Source: Spirochaeta sp. (GTDB taxonomy: Bacteria; Spirochaetota; Spirochaetia; DSM-27196; Alkalispirochaetaceae). From it: a stretch of 64,000 nt of DNA. Shown in pieces: positions 20,521 through 31,220 of this stretch; position 1 is the stretch's first letter; every line of letters begins with the position of its first letter. A program made the translations under genes and the position numbers. The stretch is from positions 1,159 to 65,158 of the forward strand of contig SLRR01000104.1 of assembly GCA_007130865.1 (NCBI GenBank), written 5' to 3'. The notes beneath the pieces are model-generated. The model worked only from the letters and a program-made list of their open reading frames with translations. It was not told the origin of the DNA and did no database searches.

Positions 20521-21219
20521 ATGACGATTATACTCGCATCCAACAACGGGCACAAACGCAGCGAGATGGAAGGAATTTTCCGTGATCGCGGAGCGACCGT
20601 AGAGCTTGTTCAGCCCCGGGAGATCGGTCTTACCTTTGACGTAGTGGAAGACGGCGCAACCTTTGCCGATAACGCATTCATCAAAGCCAGGGCCCTGGCG
20701 ATGCTTCTCCGGGGAGAGGTTCTTCCCGGTGTATCTCACACGCCCGCGCCGGATGAGATCGCCCGCGCGATTCGCGACCGGTTTGACGACGCGGTTCCTC
20801 CTGTTCTGGCCGACGACTCAGGTATCTGCGTGCACGCCCTGGATAACCGGCCGGGAGTCTATTCGGCGCGCTACGGGAACGAGCCGAACGGCAAGACCCT
20901 CGACGACGAGGAACGTAACGCGCTTCTTCTTCGGGAACTAGGTTCTCTATCGGACCGTACCGCTCATTACGTCTGCAATGCGGTGTTGTACTTCTGCCCC
21001 GATCGTTACCTTCAGGTTCAGGAATCGTGGCACGGCGAGATCAATGACAAACCAGTCTATGGTGAGACCGGGTTTGGTTACGACCCGGTTTTCCTCGTTC
21101 CGGAATACCGCCGCACCGTTGCGCAGATACCGCAGAAGCAGAAGGACCGCATCTCCCACAGGGCGAAAGCTGTGGGTACGATCCTGCAGGCCGCGGGATG
21201 GGCCGATCCCGGGAACTGA
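20521..21219 (+). CDS. rdgB: Non-canonical purine NTP pyrophosphatase (Ham1 family)
   Basis: ASNNGHK, LADDSG, PGVYSARY, GFGYDPVF, ISHRAKA. Confidence 0.93.
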   Translation: MTIILASNNGHKRSEMEGIFRDRGATVELVQPREIGLTFDVVEDGATFADNAFIKARALAMLLRGEVLPGVSHTPAPDEIARAIRDRFDDAVPPVLADDSGICVHALDNRPGVYSARYGNEPNGKTLDDEERNALLLRELGSLSDRTAHYVCNAVLYFCPDRYLQVQESWHGEINDKPVYGETGFGYDPVFLVPEYRRTVAQIPQKQKDRISHRAKAVGTILQAAGWADPGN

Positions 21220-21243
21220 ACTTCCCGAGGAAACTGATTACGC

Positions 21244-21273
21244 TTGACGGAAAGAGTTACCTTTCCGTATTGT
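21244..21273 (+). promoter_or_regulatory. Sigma-70 promoter, predicted leaderless
   Basis: TTGACG-18-TATTGT-7-ATG(21281). Confidence 0.6.
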
Positions 21274-21280
21274 CGATGCC

Positions 21281-23083
21281 ATGAGCAACGTGCCGAAGCG
21301 AACGGAAGTGCCCCGGGAAGATCGATGGGACCTGAGCTCCCTTTATCCCGACGAGAACAGCTGGGAGACGGACCTGAAACGGCTGGCCGACGCGGAGCCG
21401 GAACTTCGCTCCTACCAGGGGCGTCTGGCCGAGTCCACGGACGCGCTTCTGGAGTGGCTCCGGAAGAGCACCGCCGCTGAGGAGCTGCAAGAGCGGCTCG
21501 GCTACTACGCGATGCTCCGACAGTCCGAAGACGCCGGAGACAGCGATAACCAGAGCCGTTACGCACGATTCATGCAAGTCTCCGCCCGGATCTCCGCGGC
21601 AGGCAGCTTTTTTGCACCGGAAGTTCAGCAGATCCCGTACGAGACGATGAGGCGCATACTGGATGATCCCCGACTGGAGGAGTACCGGATCGTTCTTGAC
21701 CGCGTCCTGCGCTACAAACCGCATACGCTCTCCCCGGCGGAAGAACGCCTGCTCGCGATGCAGCAGGAGGGTGACGAGACCGCTTCCAGGGCCTTTGGAG
21801 CATTACTCGACGTCGACATGGACTTCGGCGAGGTGGAGACGCCGGAAGGAACTCGTACCCTCACGCAATCCAGTTACGGCAGCCTTCTGGAACACCCTGA
21901 CCGCGGTGTTCGGGAGCGTGCGTTCCACCAGTTCTTCGGGAAGTTCGAACAACACAAGAACACCCTGGCGTCACTGTACGCCGGGAGCGTGCAGATCGAT
22001 ATTTATCGTGCCCGGGTCAGGAATTTTCCCTCCGCCCTGGAATCACGGCTCTTCCCGGACAACGTCCCCGTTCAGGTCTACGACAACCTCTTGAAGGTCG
22101 TCCGGGAGAACCTTCCCCTGCTTCACCGGTACTACCGATTGCGGCAGCGAGCGCTGGACCTCAAGGATCCCGCGATCTGGGATACCCGGGTTGCGCTCGT
22201 CCCCGACATAAAGGTGGATAACCCCTACGAAGCCGCGGTAGACACCGTCATAAGCGCCCTGGAGCCGCTGGGAGAGGAATATACCGACACGCTCCGGGCG
22301 GGACTCCTGGGAAGCTGGGTAGACCGCTACGAGAACAAGGGCAAGCGATCCGGCGCGTTCTCTGCCGGGAGCTACCACGGCGATCCATTTATTCTGCTCA
22401 ACTACAAGAGCGACACCATGCGAGATATGTTCACCCTCGCCCACGAAGCGGGACACAGCATGCACTCCTGGTATTCCGTACGAAATAATCCGTTCCATCA
22501 CTACCAGTACACGATCTTCGAGGCGGAAGTGGCGAGCACGTTCAACGAGCAGCTTCTCGTACGACATCTGCTCACGCAGGACCCGGAAAGATCCATGCGG
22601 GCATACCTTCTAAGCAAACACGTAGACGACCTGGTGGCGACGCTGTTCCGCCAGACGATGTTCGCGGAGTTTGAACGTCGCGTCCACGAGCGGGTGGAGA
22701 ACGACCAGGCTCTTACCGTGGACTGGTTCCGTGAGTGCTACCGCGATCTCCTGACGTCGTACTTCGGCGAAGCGGTCCACTTGCCGGATCTCCTCGACCT
22801 GGAGGGACTGCGAATCCCCCACTTTTACAGGGCGTTCTACGTATACAAGTATGTCACGGGCATCTCCGCGGCGGTATCCCTGGCGCAACGGGTTCTTGAA
22901 GGAGGAACCTCCGAGCGGGAGGATTATTTCTCCTTTCTGCGTTCCGGCGGCTCCAGGTTTCCTATCGATTCGCTTCGCGTCGCCGGGGTCGATATGGCAC
23001 AACCGGAACCGATCCGAACCGCTATGGATCTTTTCGGGCGACGCCTGGACGAGCTGGAAACGGCACTCGAATTGAACGGGTAG
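21281..23083 (+). CDS. pepF: Oligoendopeptidase F
   Basis: WDLSSLY, GKRSGAFS, HEAGHSMH, AEVAS, PHFY..FYVYKY. Confidence 0.95.
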   Translation: MSNVPKRTEVPREDRWDLSSLYPDENSWETDLKRLADAEPELRSYQGRLAESTDALLEWLRKSTAAEELQERLGYYAMLRQSEDAGDSDNQSRYARFMQVSARISAAGSFFAPEVQQIPYETMRRILDDPRLEEYRIVLDRVLRYKPHTLSPAEERLLAMQQEGDETASRAFGALLDVDMDFGEVETPEGTRTLTQSSYGSLLEHPDRGVRERAFHQFFGKFEQHKNTLASLYAGSVQIDIYRARVRNFPSALESRLFPDNVPVQVYDNLLKVVRENLPLLHRYYRLRQRALDLKDPAIWDTRVALVPDIKVDNPYEAAVDTVISALEPLGEEYTDTLRAGLLGSWVDRYENKGKRSGAFSAGSYHGDPFILLNYKSDTMRDMFTLAHEAGHSMHSWYSVRNNPFHHYQYTIFEAEVASTFNEQLLVRHLLTQDPERSMRAYLLSKHVDDLVATLFRQTMFAEFERRVHERVENDQALTVDWFRECYRDLLTSYFGEAVHLPDLLDLEGLRIPHFYRAFYVYKYVTGISAAVSLAQRVLEGGTSEREDYFSFLRSGGSRFPIDSLRVAGVDMAQPEPIRTAMDLFGRRLDELETALELNG

Positions 23084-23097
23084 ACGGCGCCGATATA

Positions 23098-23126
23098 TTG
23101 ACACTCCCGCCGGTCCATGGTACCGT
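23098..23126 (+). promoter_or_regulatory. Sigma-70 promoter of tRNA-Leu
   Basis: TTGACA-17-TACCGT with TG extension. Confidence 0.65.
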
Positions 23127-23140
23127 GCGCATCGTTTGAA

Positions 23141-23224
23141 GCGGCAGTGGCGGAACTGGTAGACGCGCTAGCTTGAGGGGCTAGTACTCGCAAGGGTGTG
23201 GAGGTTCAAGTCCTCTCTGCCGCA
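23141..23224 (+). tRNA. tRNA-Leu (GAG)
   Basis: Cloverleaf, long variable arm, ctagc-TTGAGGG-gctag. Confidence 0.95.
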
Positions 23225-23231
23225 GTTCATT

Positions 23232-23273
23232 ACCGGAGGTTCTTAAAGAGATTAAGAGCCTCCGGTTTTTTTT
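23232..23273 (+). terminator. Rho-independent terminator
   Basis: accggaggttcttaa...ttaagagcctccggt followed by a T run. Confidence 0.88.
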
Positions 23274-23306
23274 ATTCGTTTCTATCCAGGAACTGGTATT
23301 TTTTCC

Positions 23307-23335
23307 TTGACCACTGTCCAAGTCGGGCGTATGAT
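23307..23335 (+). promoter_or_regulatory. Sigma-70 promoter of peptide ABC operon
   Basis: TTGACC-17-TATGAT; AAAGGAG SD before ATG 23374. Confidence 0.7.
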
Positions 23336-23373
23336 CGCATCACACTATCGTTCCCAACTAAAAGGAGATTTGT

Positions 23374-24915
23374 ATGCGAATTAGTCTACGGAGCGCGCTC
23401 CGTGTCTCTCTGGCGGCGATCCTTGCCGTAGCGTTTCTGGCGTCCTGCGCCCAGGAAGAAGAACTTGGTAAGGGTGAAGACATAGAAACCCTCGTTGTCG
23501 GAATGCCCGGCGATCCACGATCGCTCGATCCGCAGCGCACCAACGACCAGCCTTCGGCGCGCGTGATGAAGCAGATCTACGACACCCTCATGTATCAGTC
23601 GGCGGACCTGGAAGTTACGACCGACGGTCTGGTTGAGAGTTACGAGATCATCAGCGATACGGAGTTCGCTTTCAAACTGAAAGAAGGCGTGCTATTTCAT
23701 AACGGTGATGAGCTCACGGCCAACGACGTGCGCTTTACCTTTGAGCGCATGCGCGAGATCAGCGCGCCCGCGGCGTTCCTCGTGGCTGCGCTGGATCGTG
23801 TAGAAGTGATCGACGATTACAACTTCACGATGCACCTCTCGTTTCCTTTCGGACCTTTCATCACCCACCTGGCACACCCGGCCACGTCTATTCTCAACGA
23901 ACGTGCCGTGAACGAAGGTGGCGAAGAGTACGCCCGAAACCCCGTCGGTACCGGTCCTTTCAGCTTCGTGGAATGGCGCTCCGGCGATTCCGTGACGCTT
24001 ACCCGGTTTGACGATCACTTCCGCGGCCCCGCCGCGAGCGAGCACGTACGTTTTCGGATCATCACCGAGGACACGCAGCGCACGATCGCTCTGGAGACGG
24101 GGGAAGCGGACATCATCTACGACGTAGGTCCCAACGACTTCGACGCCGTTCAGGAACTCGACGGAGTTGAAAGTTTCCAGACTCTGGGACTTACCACGTT
24201 CTACATGGGTTTCAACGCGCAGAAAGAGCCCTTTGACGACGTGCGCGTACGACGTGCGATCAACCTCGCCCTGGATGTCGAGTCGGCCACCAACGTTGCG
24301 TTCCGCGGTTTTGCCACGGCGGCCAAAGGCCCGCTCGCCCCGACCGTGCAGTTTGCCAACACCGAGATCCCCGGATACGGCCACGACCAGGAGGAGGCGC
24401 GTCGTCTCCTGGCTGAGGCGGGATACCCCGACGGGTTCTCCACTTCGATCTGGACCAACGATAACCCGGTACGGATCATGTACGCCGAGATATTCCAGGA
24501 GCAACTCCGTGCGGTAGGTATCGACGCAAACATCGAGATCGTCGAGTGGGCCCCCTACCTGGACCGCACCGCCCGCGGTGAGCACGATATGTTCATGCTC
24601 GGTTGGGTAGCGGTGACAGGTGATGCCGACTACGGACTCTACTCGCTCTTCCATTCGTCGGAGTTCGGTGATGCCGGCAACCGCACGTTCTGGGGTAACG
24701 ACGAGGTGGACCGCCTTCTGGATGAGGGCAAGGCGAGCCCCATCGCCGCCGAGCGTGAAGCAGCGTACCTGCGGGCGCAGGAGATAATCTTCGAGGAAGC
24801 GCCCTGGGTATTCCTGGCGTTTCGCGATGATCTGGCGGCGACCCGGGACTACGTGGAAGGTTTTCATCCCCACGCAGCTGGTCACCACGTGCTGTACAAC
24901 GTCCGTAACAACTGA
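23374..24915 (+). CDS. Peptide/glutathione ABC transporter substrate-binding lipoprotein (DppA/GsiB family)
   Basis: Lipobox FLASC, LKEGVLFHNG..LTANDVRFT, PVGTGPF, DVRVRRAI. Confidence 0.93.
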   Translation: MRISLRSALRVSLAAILAVAFLASCAQEEELGKGEDIETLVVGMPGDPRSLDPQRTNDQPSARVMKQIYDTLMYQSADLEVTTDGLVESYEIISDTEFAFKLKEGVLFHNGDELTANDVRFTFERMREISAPAAFLVAALDRVEVIDDYNFTMHLSFPFGPFITHLAHPATSILNERAVNEGGEEYARNPVGTGPFSFVEWRSGDSVTLTRFDDHFRGPAASEHVRFRIITEDTQRTIALETGEADIIYDVGPNDFDAVQELDGVESFQTLGLTTFYMGFNAQKEPFDDVRVRRAINLALDVESATNVAFRGFATAAKGPLAPTVQFANTEIPGYGHDQEEARRLLAEAGYPDGFSTSIWTNDNPVRIMYAEIFQEQLRAVGIDANIEIVEWAPYLDRTARGEHDMFMLGWVAVTGDADYGLYSLFHSSEFGDAGNRTFWGNDEVDRLLDEGKASPIAAEREAAYLRAQEIIFEEAPWVFLAFRDDLAATRDYVEGFHPHAAGHHVLYNVRNN

Positions 24916-24946
24916 CGTCGACCACGTTATCTATTCAACAGACAAC

Positions 24947-24972
24947 CCGCCGGGCCCGGAAGGGCCCGGCGG
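24947..24972 (+). other. Perfect 11-bp GC hairpin with GGAA tetraloop (likely mRNA stabiliser or processing site)
   Basis: ccgccgggccc-ggaa-gggcccggcgg between the SBP and permease genes, no U tract. Confidence 0.6.
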
Positions 24973-25048
24973 CGCCTCCGACGATACACGATAGGATCCG
25001 TTTCACGACGGATGCTCTGGTGTATTTTCGAGGGGAAGGTAAATCTTC

Positions 25049-25975
25049 ATGCATAAGTACATAATGCGCCGGATCCTGTTGCTGATCCCGGTGATGCTGG
25101 GCGTCTCCTTCGTGGTTTTTACGATCATGTTCTTCACACCGGGAGACCCGGCAAAGATACTGCTGGGCGAGCGTGCTCCGGAATCGGAGGTACAGGCGCT
25201 TCGCACCCAGATGGGCCTGGACGATCCATTCTTTGTTCAGTACGGACGGTTTCTCTTCAACGCGATTCGCGGAGACCTGGGACGCTCGCTGACGACGCGC
25301 CGTCCGGCGTCGCACGAGCTTTTTGCGCGGTTTCCCGCGACTATGCAGCTCGCGTCCATGGGTGTACTCGTGGCGGTGCTGATAGGAATTCCTATAGGGA
25401 TCGTGTCCGCCACGCGGCAGTACTCGGTTTTTGACGGAGCTTCCATGGTGATCGCGCTTGTAGGCGTATCGATGCCGAATTTCTGGCAGGGAATAATGAT
25501 GGTACTGCTCTTCTCAATCTATCTGCGCTGGTTTCCCTCCAGTGGATACGGCACCTTCGCGCACCTGATCATGCCCTCGCTCACGATCGGCACAAGCTCC
25601 GCGGCGACGATAACACGGATGACCCGGTCCAGCATGCTCGAGGTTGTACGGCAGGACTACATCCGGACCGCCCGCGCCAAAGGTCTCAAGGAGAACACGG
25701 TGATTATGCGACACGCCCTGAAGAACGCGCTGATTCCGATCGTGACGGTAATCGGCCTGCAGTTTGGTTATCTCCTGGGTGGCGCGGTCCTGACGGAAAC
25801 GATTTTTTCCTGGCCCGGGGTGGGACGGCTCATGGTCGACGCGATTCGTCAGCGCGATTATCCGGTTGTTCAGGGAGGCGTGTTGCTTCTAGCCCTTACG
25901 TTCAGCGTTGTAAACCTCCTGGTGGACGTGCTGTACGCGTATATCGACCCCCGCATCAAAGCCCAGTACAAGTAA
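25049..25975 (+). CDS. Peptide ABC transporter permease (DppB family)
   Basis: PGDPA, GDLGRS, DYIRTARAKGL, DPRI. Confidence 0.94.
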   Translation: MHKYIMRRILLLIPVMLGVSFVVFTIMFFTPGDPAKILLGERAPESEVQALRTQMGLDDPFFVQYGRFLFNAIRGDLGRSLTTRRPASHELFARFPATMQLASMGVLVAVLIGIPIGIVSATRQYSVFDGASMVIALVGVSMPNFWQGIMMVLLFSIYLRWFPSSGYGTFAHLIMPSLTIGTSSAATITRMTRSSMLEVVRQDYIRTARAKGLKENTVIMRHALKNALIPIVTVIGLQFGYLLGGAVLTETIFSWPGVGRLMVDAIRQRDYPVVQGGVLLLALTFSVVNLLVDVLYAYIDPRIKAQYK

Positions 25976-25987
25976 CGAGGAAACGGT

Positions 25988-26944
25988 ATGAGAACCGAAT
26001 CAGATAACGTGGTTACCGCCGACGTCGACGAACGTCAGGAGGGTCTGCAGGAAACCGAGGACAACCGCGACGCCGCTGTCCAGGCTATCGCACCGCGGCA
26101 GAGCCGCACGCAGTGGGCGGAAGTCTGGCGCCGCCTGCGACGCAATTGGATGGCGATGTTTGGACTCGCGATCATCCTGGTGATCTTTTTTGCCGCGATT
26201 TTTGCCGACGTGATAGCGCCGTACGATTACAGGGAGCAGAACCTGATGCGCATCGCCGACCCGCCGAGCCGGGACCACCTGCTCGGCACGGATGATCTCG
26301 GGAGGGATATTCTCTCGCGGATTATTCACGGAGCGAGGGTCTCCCTGCAGGTAGGTTTTGTCGCCGTGAGTATCTCCCTGATCGTGGGAGGTACCCTGGG
26401 AGCCCTTGCGGGTTACTACGGGGGGCGCCTCGACAACGTGGTGATGCGTTTCATGGACGTTCTGCTCGCTATTCCTTCGATCCTTCTGGCGATCGCGATC
26501 GTCTCCGCCTTTGGCGGCGGTCTGGTCAACGTGATGGTAGCAGTGGGTATCGCCACGATTCCGGTGTACGCCCGGATCGTAAAAGCCTCGGTGATTTCGA
26601 TTAAAGAACAGGAGTTCATCGAAGCGGCCCGTGCGATTGGAGCGACGGACACGCGAATAATTCTGAAACATATCCTGCCGAACTCGATGGCACCGATCAT
26701 CGTTCAGGGTACCCTGGGCGTGGCGATCGCGATCCTCTCCGCCGCGGGGTTGAGCTTCATCGGACTCGGTATTGAACCGCCTACCCCGGAATGGGGAGCG
26801 ATGCTCTCCTCCGGTCGCCACCTCATCCGGCGAGCCCCCCATGTGGCAACGTTTCCCGGCGTCGCGATCATGGTTACGATCTTTGCCCTGAATCTTCTCG
26901 GTGACGGACTCCGGGATGCCCTTGACCCACGACTCAAGCAGTGA
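25988..26944 (+). CDS. Peptide ABC transporter permease (DppC family)
   Basis: LGTDDLGRDILSR, EAARAIGA, PEWGAML, GDGLRDALDP. Confidence 0.94.
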   Translation: MRTESDNVVTADVDERQEGLQETEDNRDAAVQAIAPRQSRTQWAEVWRRLRRNWMAMFGLAIILVIFFAAIFADVIAPYDYREQNLMRIADPPSRDHLLGTDDLGRDILSRIIHGARVSLQVGFVAVSISLIVGGTLGALAGYYGGRLDNVVMRFMDVLLAIPSILLAIAIVSAFGGGLVNVMVAVGIATIPVYARIVKASVISIKEQEFIEAARAIGATDTRIILKHILPNSMAPIIVQGTLGVAIAILSAAGLSFIGLGIEPPTPEWGAMLSSGRHLIRRAPHVATFPGVAIMVTIFALNLLGDGLRDALDPRLKQ

Positions 26945-26957
26945 ACCGGAGGTTACT

Positions 26958-27950
26958 ATGAACGACCTGTTGCTGGATATACGAAACCTGCGTGTAACCT
27001 ACCAGACGGAAGAGGGACTCGTAGTTGCCACGGATGACCTGAACCTGAAACTTCGGAAAGGGGAGACGCTGGGACTCGTGGGCGAAACCGGCGCCGGCAA
27101 AACCACCACGGCTCTCTCGGTTATGCAGCTCGTACCTGACCCTCCGGGGCGAATCGAAACGGGCGAAGTCTTCTTTGACGGTGAGGATCTTCTGAAAAAA
27201 CGTTCAGAAGAGATGCGACGTGTCCGGGGAAACCGGATATCCATGATCTTCCAGGACCCGATGACATCCCTGAACCCGGTGCTCACCGTAGGATTTCAGA
27301 TCGAGGAAGCGATCACGCTTCACCAGAAGCTTACCCCGAAGCAAGCCTCCCGGAAAGCAAAGGATATGCTCAATCTCGTGGGGATACCGGAATCTCGTGC
27401 CGGTGACTTTCCTCACGAGTTCTCCGGGGGCATGCGCCAGCGCGTGGGAATCGCCATGGCGCTCTCCTGCAATCCGGAACTGCTGATTGCCGACGAACCG
27501 ACCACTGCGCTGGATGTTACGATCCAGGCTCAGGTGCTGGACCTGATGAGACGTCTCCGGCAGGAACTGGGCACGTCCATGCTCCTGATTACCCACGATC
27601 TCGGGGTCGTAGCGGAGGCGTGCGATTCGGTAGCCATCATGTACGCCGGCACGGTTGTGGAAACCACCGATACGGAACGGCTTTTCTCCAATCCACGACA
27701 CCCCTACACGCGCGGGTTATTCGGATCGATCCCGAGTCTCGACGAAGAGGTCGAGCGACTGAGCCCGATCAAGGGAATCATGCCCGATCCGACGGAGCTT
27801 CCGCCGGGTTGCCGGTTTCACCCGCGCTGTCCCAGCGCGGCACCGATCTGCTCGCAACGAAGACCCACGATGGTGACGGTCGAGGAGGGACATGACGTGG
27901 ACTGCATGATCTACGAAGGTCTCGTACCTGACGGGAAGGAACAGCACTGA
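26958..27950 (+). CDS. Peptide ABC transporter ATPase (DppD family)
   Basis: [33 protein letters not shown]. Confidence 0.94.
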   Translation: MNDLLLDIRNLRVTYQTEEGLVVATDDLNLKLRKGETLGLVGETGAGKTTTALSVMQLVPDPPGRIETGEVFFDGEDLLKKRSEEMRRVRGNRISMIFQDPMTSLNPVLTVGFQIEEAITLHQKLTPKQASRKAKDMLNLVGIPESRAGDFPHEFSGGMRQRVGIAMALSCNPELLIADEPTTALDVTIQAQVLDLMRRLRQELGTSMLLITHDLGVVAEACDSVAIMYAGTVVETTDTERLFSNPRHPYTRGLFGSIPSLDEEVERLSPIKGIMPDPTELPPGCRFHPRCPSAAPICSQRRPTMVTVEEGHDVDCMIYEGLVPDGKEQH

Positions 27951-28942
27951 TGGAACAGAATACCTCGGAACGTCCTCTTCTGGACGTGAGAAACCTGAAA
28001 AAATTTTTTGAGACCAAGCAGGGTACTCTCAAAGCGGTAAACAACGTCTCCTTCTCCGTTCGCCAGGGAGAAACACTGGGTATCGTCGGCGAGAGCGGAT
28101 GCGGCAAATCCACGACGGGTCGCGCAATACTACGCCTGGTGGAACCTACTTCGGGAGAGGTGGTCTTCAACGGTGAGGATATCACCACCTTCAAGCGTGA
28201 TAGAGTTCGCGCTTTCCGTCGGGATGCGCAGATTATCTTCCAGGATCCTTTTGCGTCTCTGGACCCGCGCCTGAGCATCGCCGAGATAATCGGGGAACCC
28301 TTTGAGATCTTCAATCTGTATTCAAAGAAGGAACGGTTTGAACGCGTTCAAAACCTGATGTCGCTGGTAGGACTGAGTACAAAGCTGACGAACAGCTTCC
28401 CTCACGAACTTGACGGTGGTCGTCGGCAGCGCGTCGGCGTCGCCCGGGCGCTCGCGCTGGATCCGAAGTTCGTCGTCTGCGATGAACCGGTGTCCGCGCT
28501 CGACGTATCAATACAGGCACAGATTCTGAACCTGATCCAGGATCTCCAGGCGCGACTGAACCTGACGTACGTGTTCATCTCCCACGACCTGAGTGTCGTT
28601 CGTCATATCAGCGACCGGGTTGCCGTGATGTACCTGGGAAAAATCGTGGAAATCACGACGTACCACAATATCTTCACCCGGCCGCGTCATCCCTACACGC
28701 AGGCGCTCCTTTCGGCTATCCCGATACCAAAGGTAAACGCAAAAAGAGATCGTATCATCCTGGAGGGCGACGTACCGAGCCCGGTCGATCCGCCCCGAGG
28801 GTGCATATTTGCCGGACGGTGTCCCTTCGTGATGGACAAGTGTCGTGAAGCCGCGCCGGCCTTGGTCGCGACGGAAGAGGAGCACTTCACCGCGTGCTAC
28901 CTCGTCCACGACGAGGTTGACCCGGTACAGGACAACGAATAA
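27950..28942 (+). CDS. Peptide ABC transporter ATPase (DppF family)
   Basis: GESGCGKST, LDGGRRQR, CDEPVSALD, HPYTQALL. Confidence 0.94.
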   Translation: MEQNTSERPLLDVRNLKKFFETKQGTLKAVNNVSFSVRQGETLGIVGESGCGKSTTGRAILRLVEPTSGEVVFNGEDITTFKRDRVRAFRRDAQIIFQDPFASLDPRLSIAEIIGEPFEIFNLYSKKERFERVQNLMSLVGLSTKLTNSFPHELDGGRRQRVGVARALALDPKFVVCDEPVSALDVSIQAQILNLIQDLQARLNLTYVFISHDLSVVRHISDRVAVMYLGKIVEITTYHNIFTRPRHPYTQALLSAIPIPKVNAKRDRIILEGDVPSPVDPPRGCIFAGRCPFVMDKCREAAPALVATEEEHFTACYLVHDEVDPVQDNE

Positions 28943-29004
28943 CGGATAAGTAAAAAACGGACCAAATATTAGACCGATCCTGCCGGGTCCGGACCGCGAT
29001 CAGG

Positions 29005-29514
29005 TCATCCCGTTTCCAGGGGAACCTGGAGAACCTCCGCCAGCCGGCGGGCGAGCTCATGAACGTGTTCCCGGTTGCGGATAGACTCGGTCTGCACCAC
29101 GGGACGCTCCTCCGGGAACTCCAGGAGTAACTGCACGTAACCCCTCCCTCCCCCGATGCGCGGTCTTCCGGAGCGTCGCAGATCGGTATCGGGGTCTTTC
29201 AACGCTCTTTCGCGCACGCGAATACGATCGAGCGTGGACAAACGGAACGTCCTCGTCCGGAAGAAAAAGAATACACCTACGCGGCTTGTAACCTGATCCA
29301 AAGATGAATCAAAACGCCACGATTCGTTGTAGATCGCCGCAAAGAGCGATATCGCCGTAAGGATCGGAACGAGACCACGGGCGGCACCGTCGTGCGCGAT
29401 CATCGCCACCAGCACCGCCGTGGAAACGACGAAGAAGATACGCCATCCCAGTCCAAGCCGGAGCTGTACCGCCCCGTCGGAGCTCTTTTCCAGTTTAAGC
29501 CTGTAAACCACCAT
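29005..29514 (-). CDS. Hypothetical membrane protein (2 TM plus PH-like tail)
   Basis: ATG 4 nt after the hisB stop; two hydrophobic helices. Confidence 0.65.
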   Translation of the reverse strand: MVVYRLKLEKSSDGAVQLRLGLGWRIFFVVSTAVLVAMIAHDGAARGLVPILTAISLFAAIYNESWRFDSSLDQVTSRVGVFFFFRTRTFRLSTLDRIRVRERALKDPDTDLRRSGRPRIGGGRGYVQLLLEFPEERPVVQTESIRNREHVHELARRLAEVLQVPLETG

Positions 29515-29518
29515 CCCG

Positions 29519-30124
29519 TCAGAGCACTCCCTTGGTAGACTGAACGCCTTCCGCCGGAAGATACGCCTGCGCCAGGGCTCGACCGGCGGCTTTAAAGATC
29601 GCCTCGGCCAGGTGGTGTCCGTTCGCACCGTACCGCCCGAGAACGTGCACGTTCGCCCGGGCTTGCCCGGAAAACCCCGTGAAAAACTCGCGTACCAGGG
29701 CGAGATCAAACTTTCCGGCGTAGGGTTGCGGAAAAACCGCCTGGTACACCAGATAGCTTCTACCTCCGGCGTCAACCACCACCTCACCAAGCGCGTCATC
29801 CATCGGCACCAGCGCGTGGCCAAACCGTCGCACCGGTCCAAACTCCTCGGTGACGCGGGAAAACAGTTGTCCCATAACGATCCCCACGTCCTCGACGGTG
29901 TGATGATCGTCAACCTCTGTATCCCCGGAAGCGGCGATCTCCGCGCCAAACCCTCCGTGAAAGCAGAATGATTGCAGCATGTGGTCAAAGAACGGTACAC
30001 CGGTCCGCACAACGATCGCTCCATCTCCGGCTCCCCCGGGGGTTCCGGGAAACCGGTCGGGCCAGGTAATTGCCGCGGTAATTTCCGTCTCTCTCGTAAC
30101 GCGGGACATCTCCAGCTTTCTCAT
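29519..30124 (-). CDS. hisB: Imidazoleglycerol-phosphate dehydratase
   Basis: RVTRET, TGVPFFDHML, DDHHTVED, PMDDAL, NGHHLAEAIFKA, STKG. Confidence 0.96.
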   Translation of the reverse strand: MRKLEMSRVTRETEITAAITWPDRFPGTPGGAGDGAIVVRTGVPFFDHMLQSFCFHGGFGAEIAASGDTEVDDHHTVEDVGIVMGQLFSRVTEEFGPVRRFGHALVPMDDALGEVVVDAGGRSYLVYQAVFPQPYAGKFDLALVREFFTGFSGQARANVHVLGRYGANGHHLAEAIFKAAGRALAQAYLPAEGVQSTKGVL

Positions 30125-30155
30125 CTCACCCTCCTGGTATAAAACAACGCTGCAC

Positions 30156-31100
30156 CTACCACGACCGAAAACGGGTCGCCACCTCGGACAGCCGCGGCGG
30201 GTCGGCGCCGGGTCGCCCGCAGGTTTTTGCCGCGACCGCTCCGGCAAACCGAAGCAATCCTTGCAGGTCGGACTCGTTCAATGAGGCGACCCCATCCCGG
30301 GTAAGGCGATCCGTGTGGTGAAACCAGGCAAGTACCGCCGCGTGAAACGAGTCGCCCGCGCCCACGGTATCGCTGACGGACGTCTTCTCCGCAGCAACCC
30401 GAACGATCAGATCCTTCGTAAATGCCGCCGCGCCACGCGCGCCCTCCGTTACCAGGACAAGGAGCGCTCCCCGGTCGAGCAACGCCGCGGCGCCGGTCTT
30501 GACGTCGCCACTGCCGCTCATCCACTGCAGGTCCTCGTCGCTTACTTTAACGATCGTACTCGCCGCCACAGCGCGATCCAGACGGCGTCGATACGCTGGG
30601 ATATCCTCTACCAGAGACTCCCGGATATTGGGGTCCAGCGAAATCACCCTGTTTTCCCGCTCCCGCTCCACCATGTCGATAATCGTCTCGCCGACCGGAT
30701 CCGCTATGAGTGAGATCGACCCGAACTGAATAGCCCGAACGCGCTCGTGCAAAGCCGGAATGTCGGGGATCTGGAGTTTGCGGTCCGCCGCTCCCTGTGC
30801 AAAAAACGCGTATCGAGCTTCCCCGGTGGAACCTTTACTGACGAACGCCAGCGTGGAGAGAGCGTCATCCCGGGCGACCATCGTCGTATCAACCTCGTTC
30901 TGCTTCAGATAGTCCACGAGCTGGTCGCCAAAGAAATCGCGAGAGATCCGGCCAAGAAACGTATTCGGTACTTCCAGACGCGCCGCAGCAACGGCAGTGT
31001 TGTACGGTGATCCGCCCGGGACAGGTTTGAACGCGCGGTTTCCCTGCGAATCCGACACGGGTATGAAATCGATCAGGGCTTCTCCGGTGTGTACAATCAT
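30156..31100 (-). CDS. PfkB family carbohydrate kinase (fructokinase-like)
   Basis: GEALIDF, PGGSPYN, DPNIR, DTVGAGDSF. Confidence 0.92.
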   Translation of the reverse strand: MIVHTGEALIDFIPVSDSQGNRAFKPVPGGSPYNTAVAAARLEVPNTFLGRISRDFFGDQLVDYLKQNEVDTTMVARDDALSTLAFVSKGSTGEARYAFFAQGAADRKLQIPDIPALHERVRAIQFGSISLIADPVGETIIDMVERERENRVISLDPNIRESLVEDIPAYRRRLDRAVAASTIVKVSDEDLQWMSGSGDVKTGAAALLDRGALLVLVTEGARGAAAFTKDLIVRVAAEKTSVSDTVGAGDSFHAAVLAWFHHTDRLTRDGVASLNESDLQGLLRFAGAVAAKTCGRPGADPPRLSEVATRFRSW

Positions 31101-31107
31101 GAGACCG

Positions 31108-31137
31108 ATCATACGCTTTCCGGCGGTGGTATCGCAA
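31108..31137 (-). promoter_or_regulatory. Sigma-70 promoter, predicted leaderless
   Basis: Minus strand TTGCGA-18-TATGAT-7-ATG(31100). Confidence 0.55.
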
Positions 31138-31220
31138 CGGTTGGAGTGCGACTATAATACGGAACTATGTCCGTTGCGCCCTTAAGGACGTCAGTTTATA
31201 TCAGGGTCCGGTTGCGATAG

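Noticed and set aside
29515-30024. Long N-terminal extension of the 29005 ORF
   Set aside because: It overlaps hisB in another frame; a GC-rich open-frame artefact
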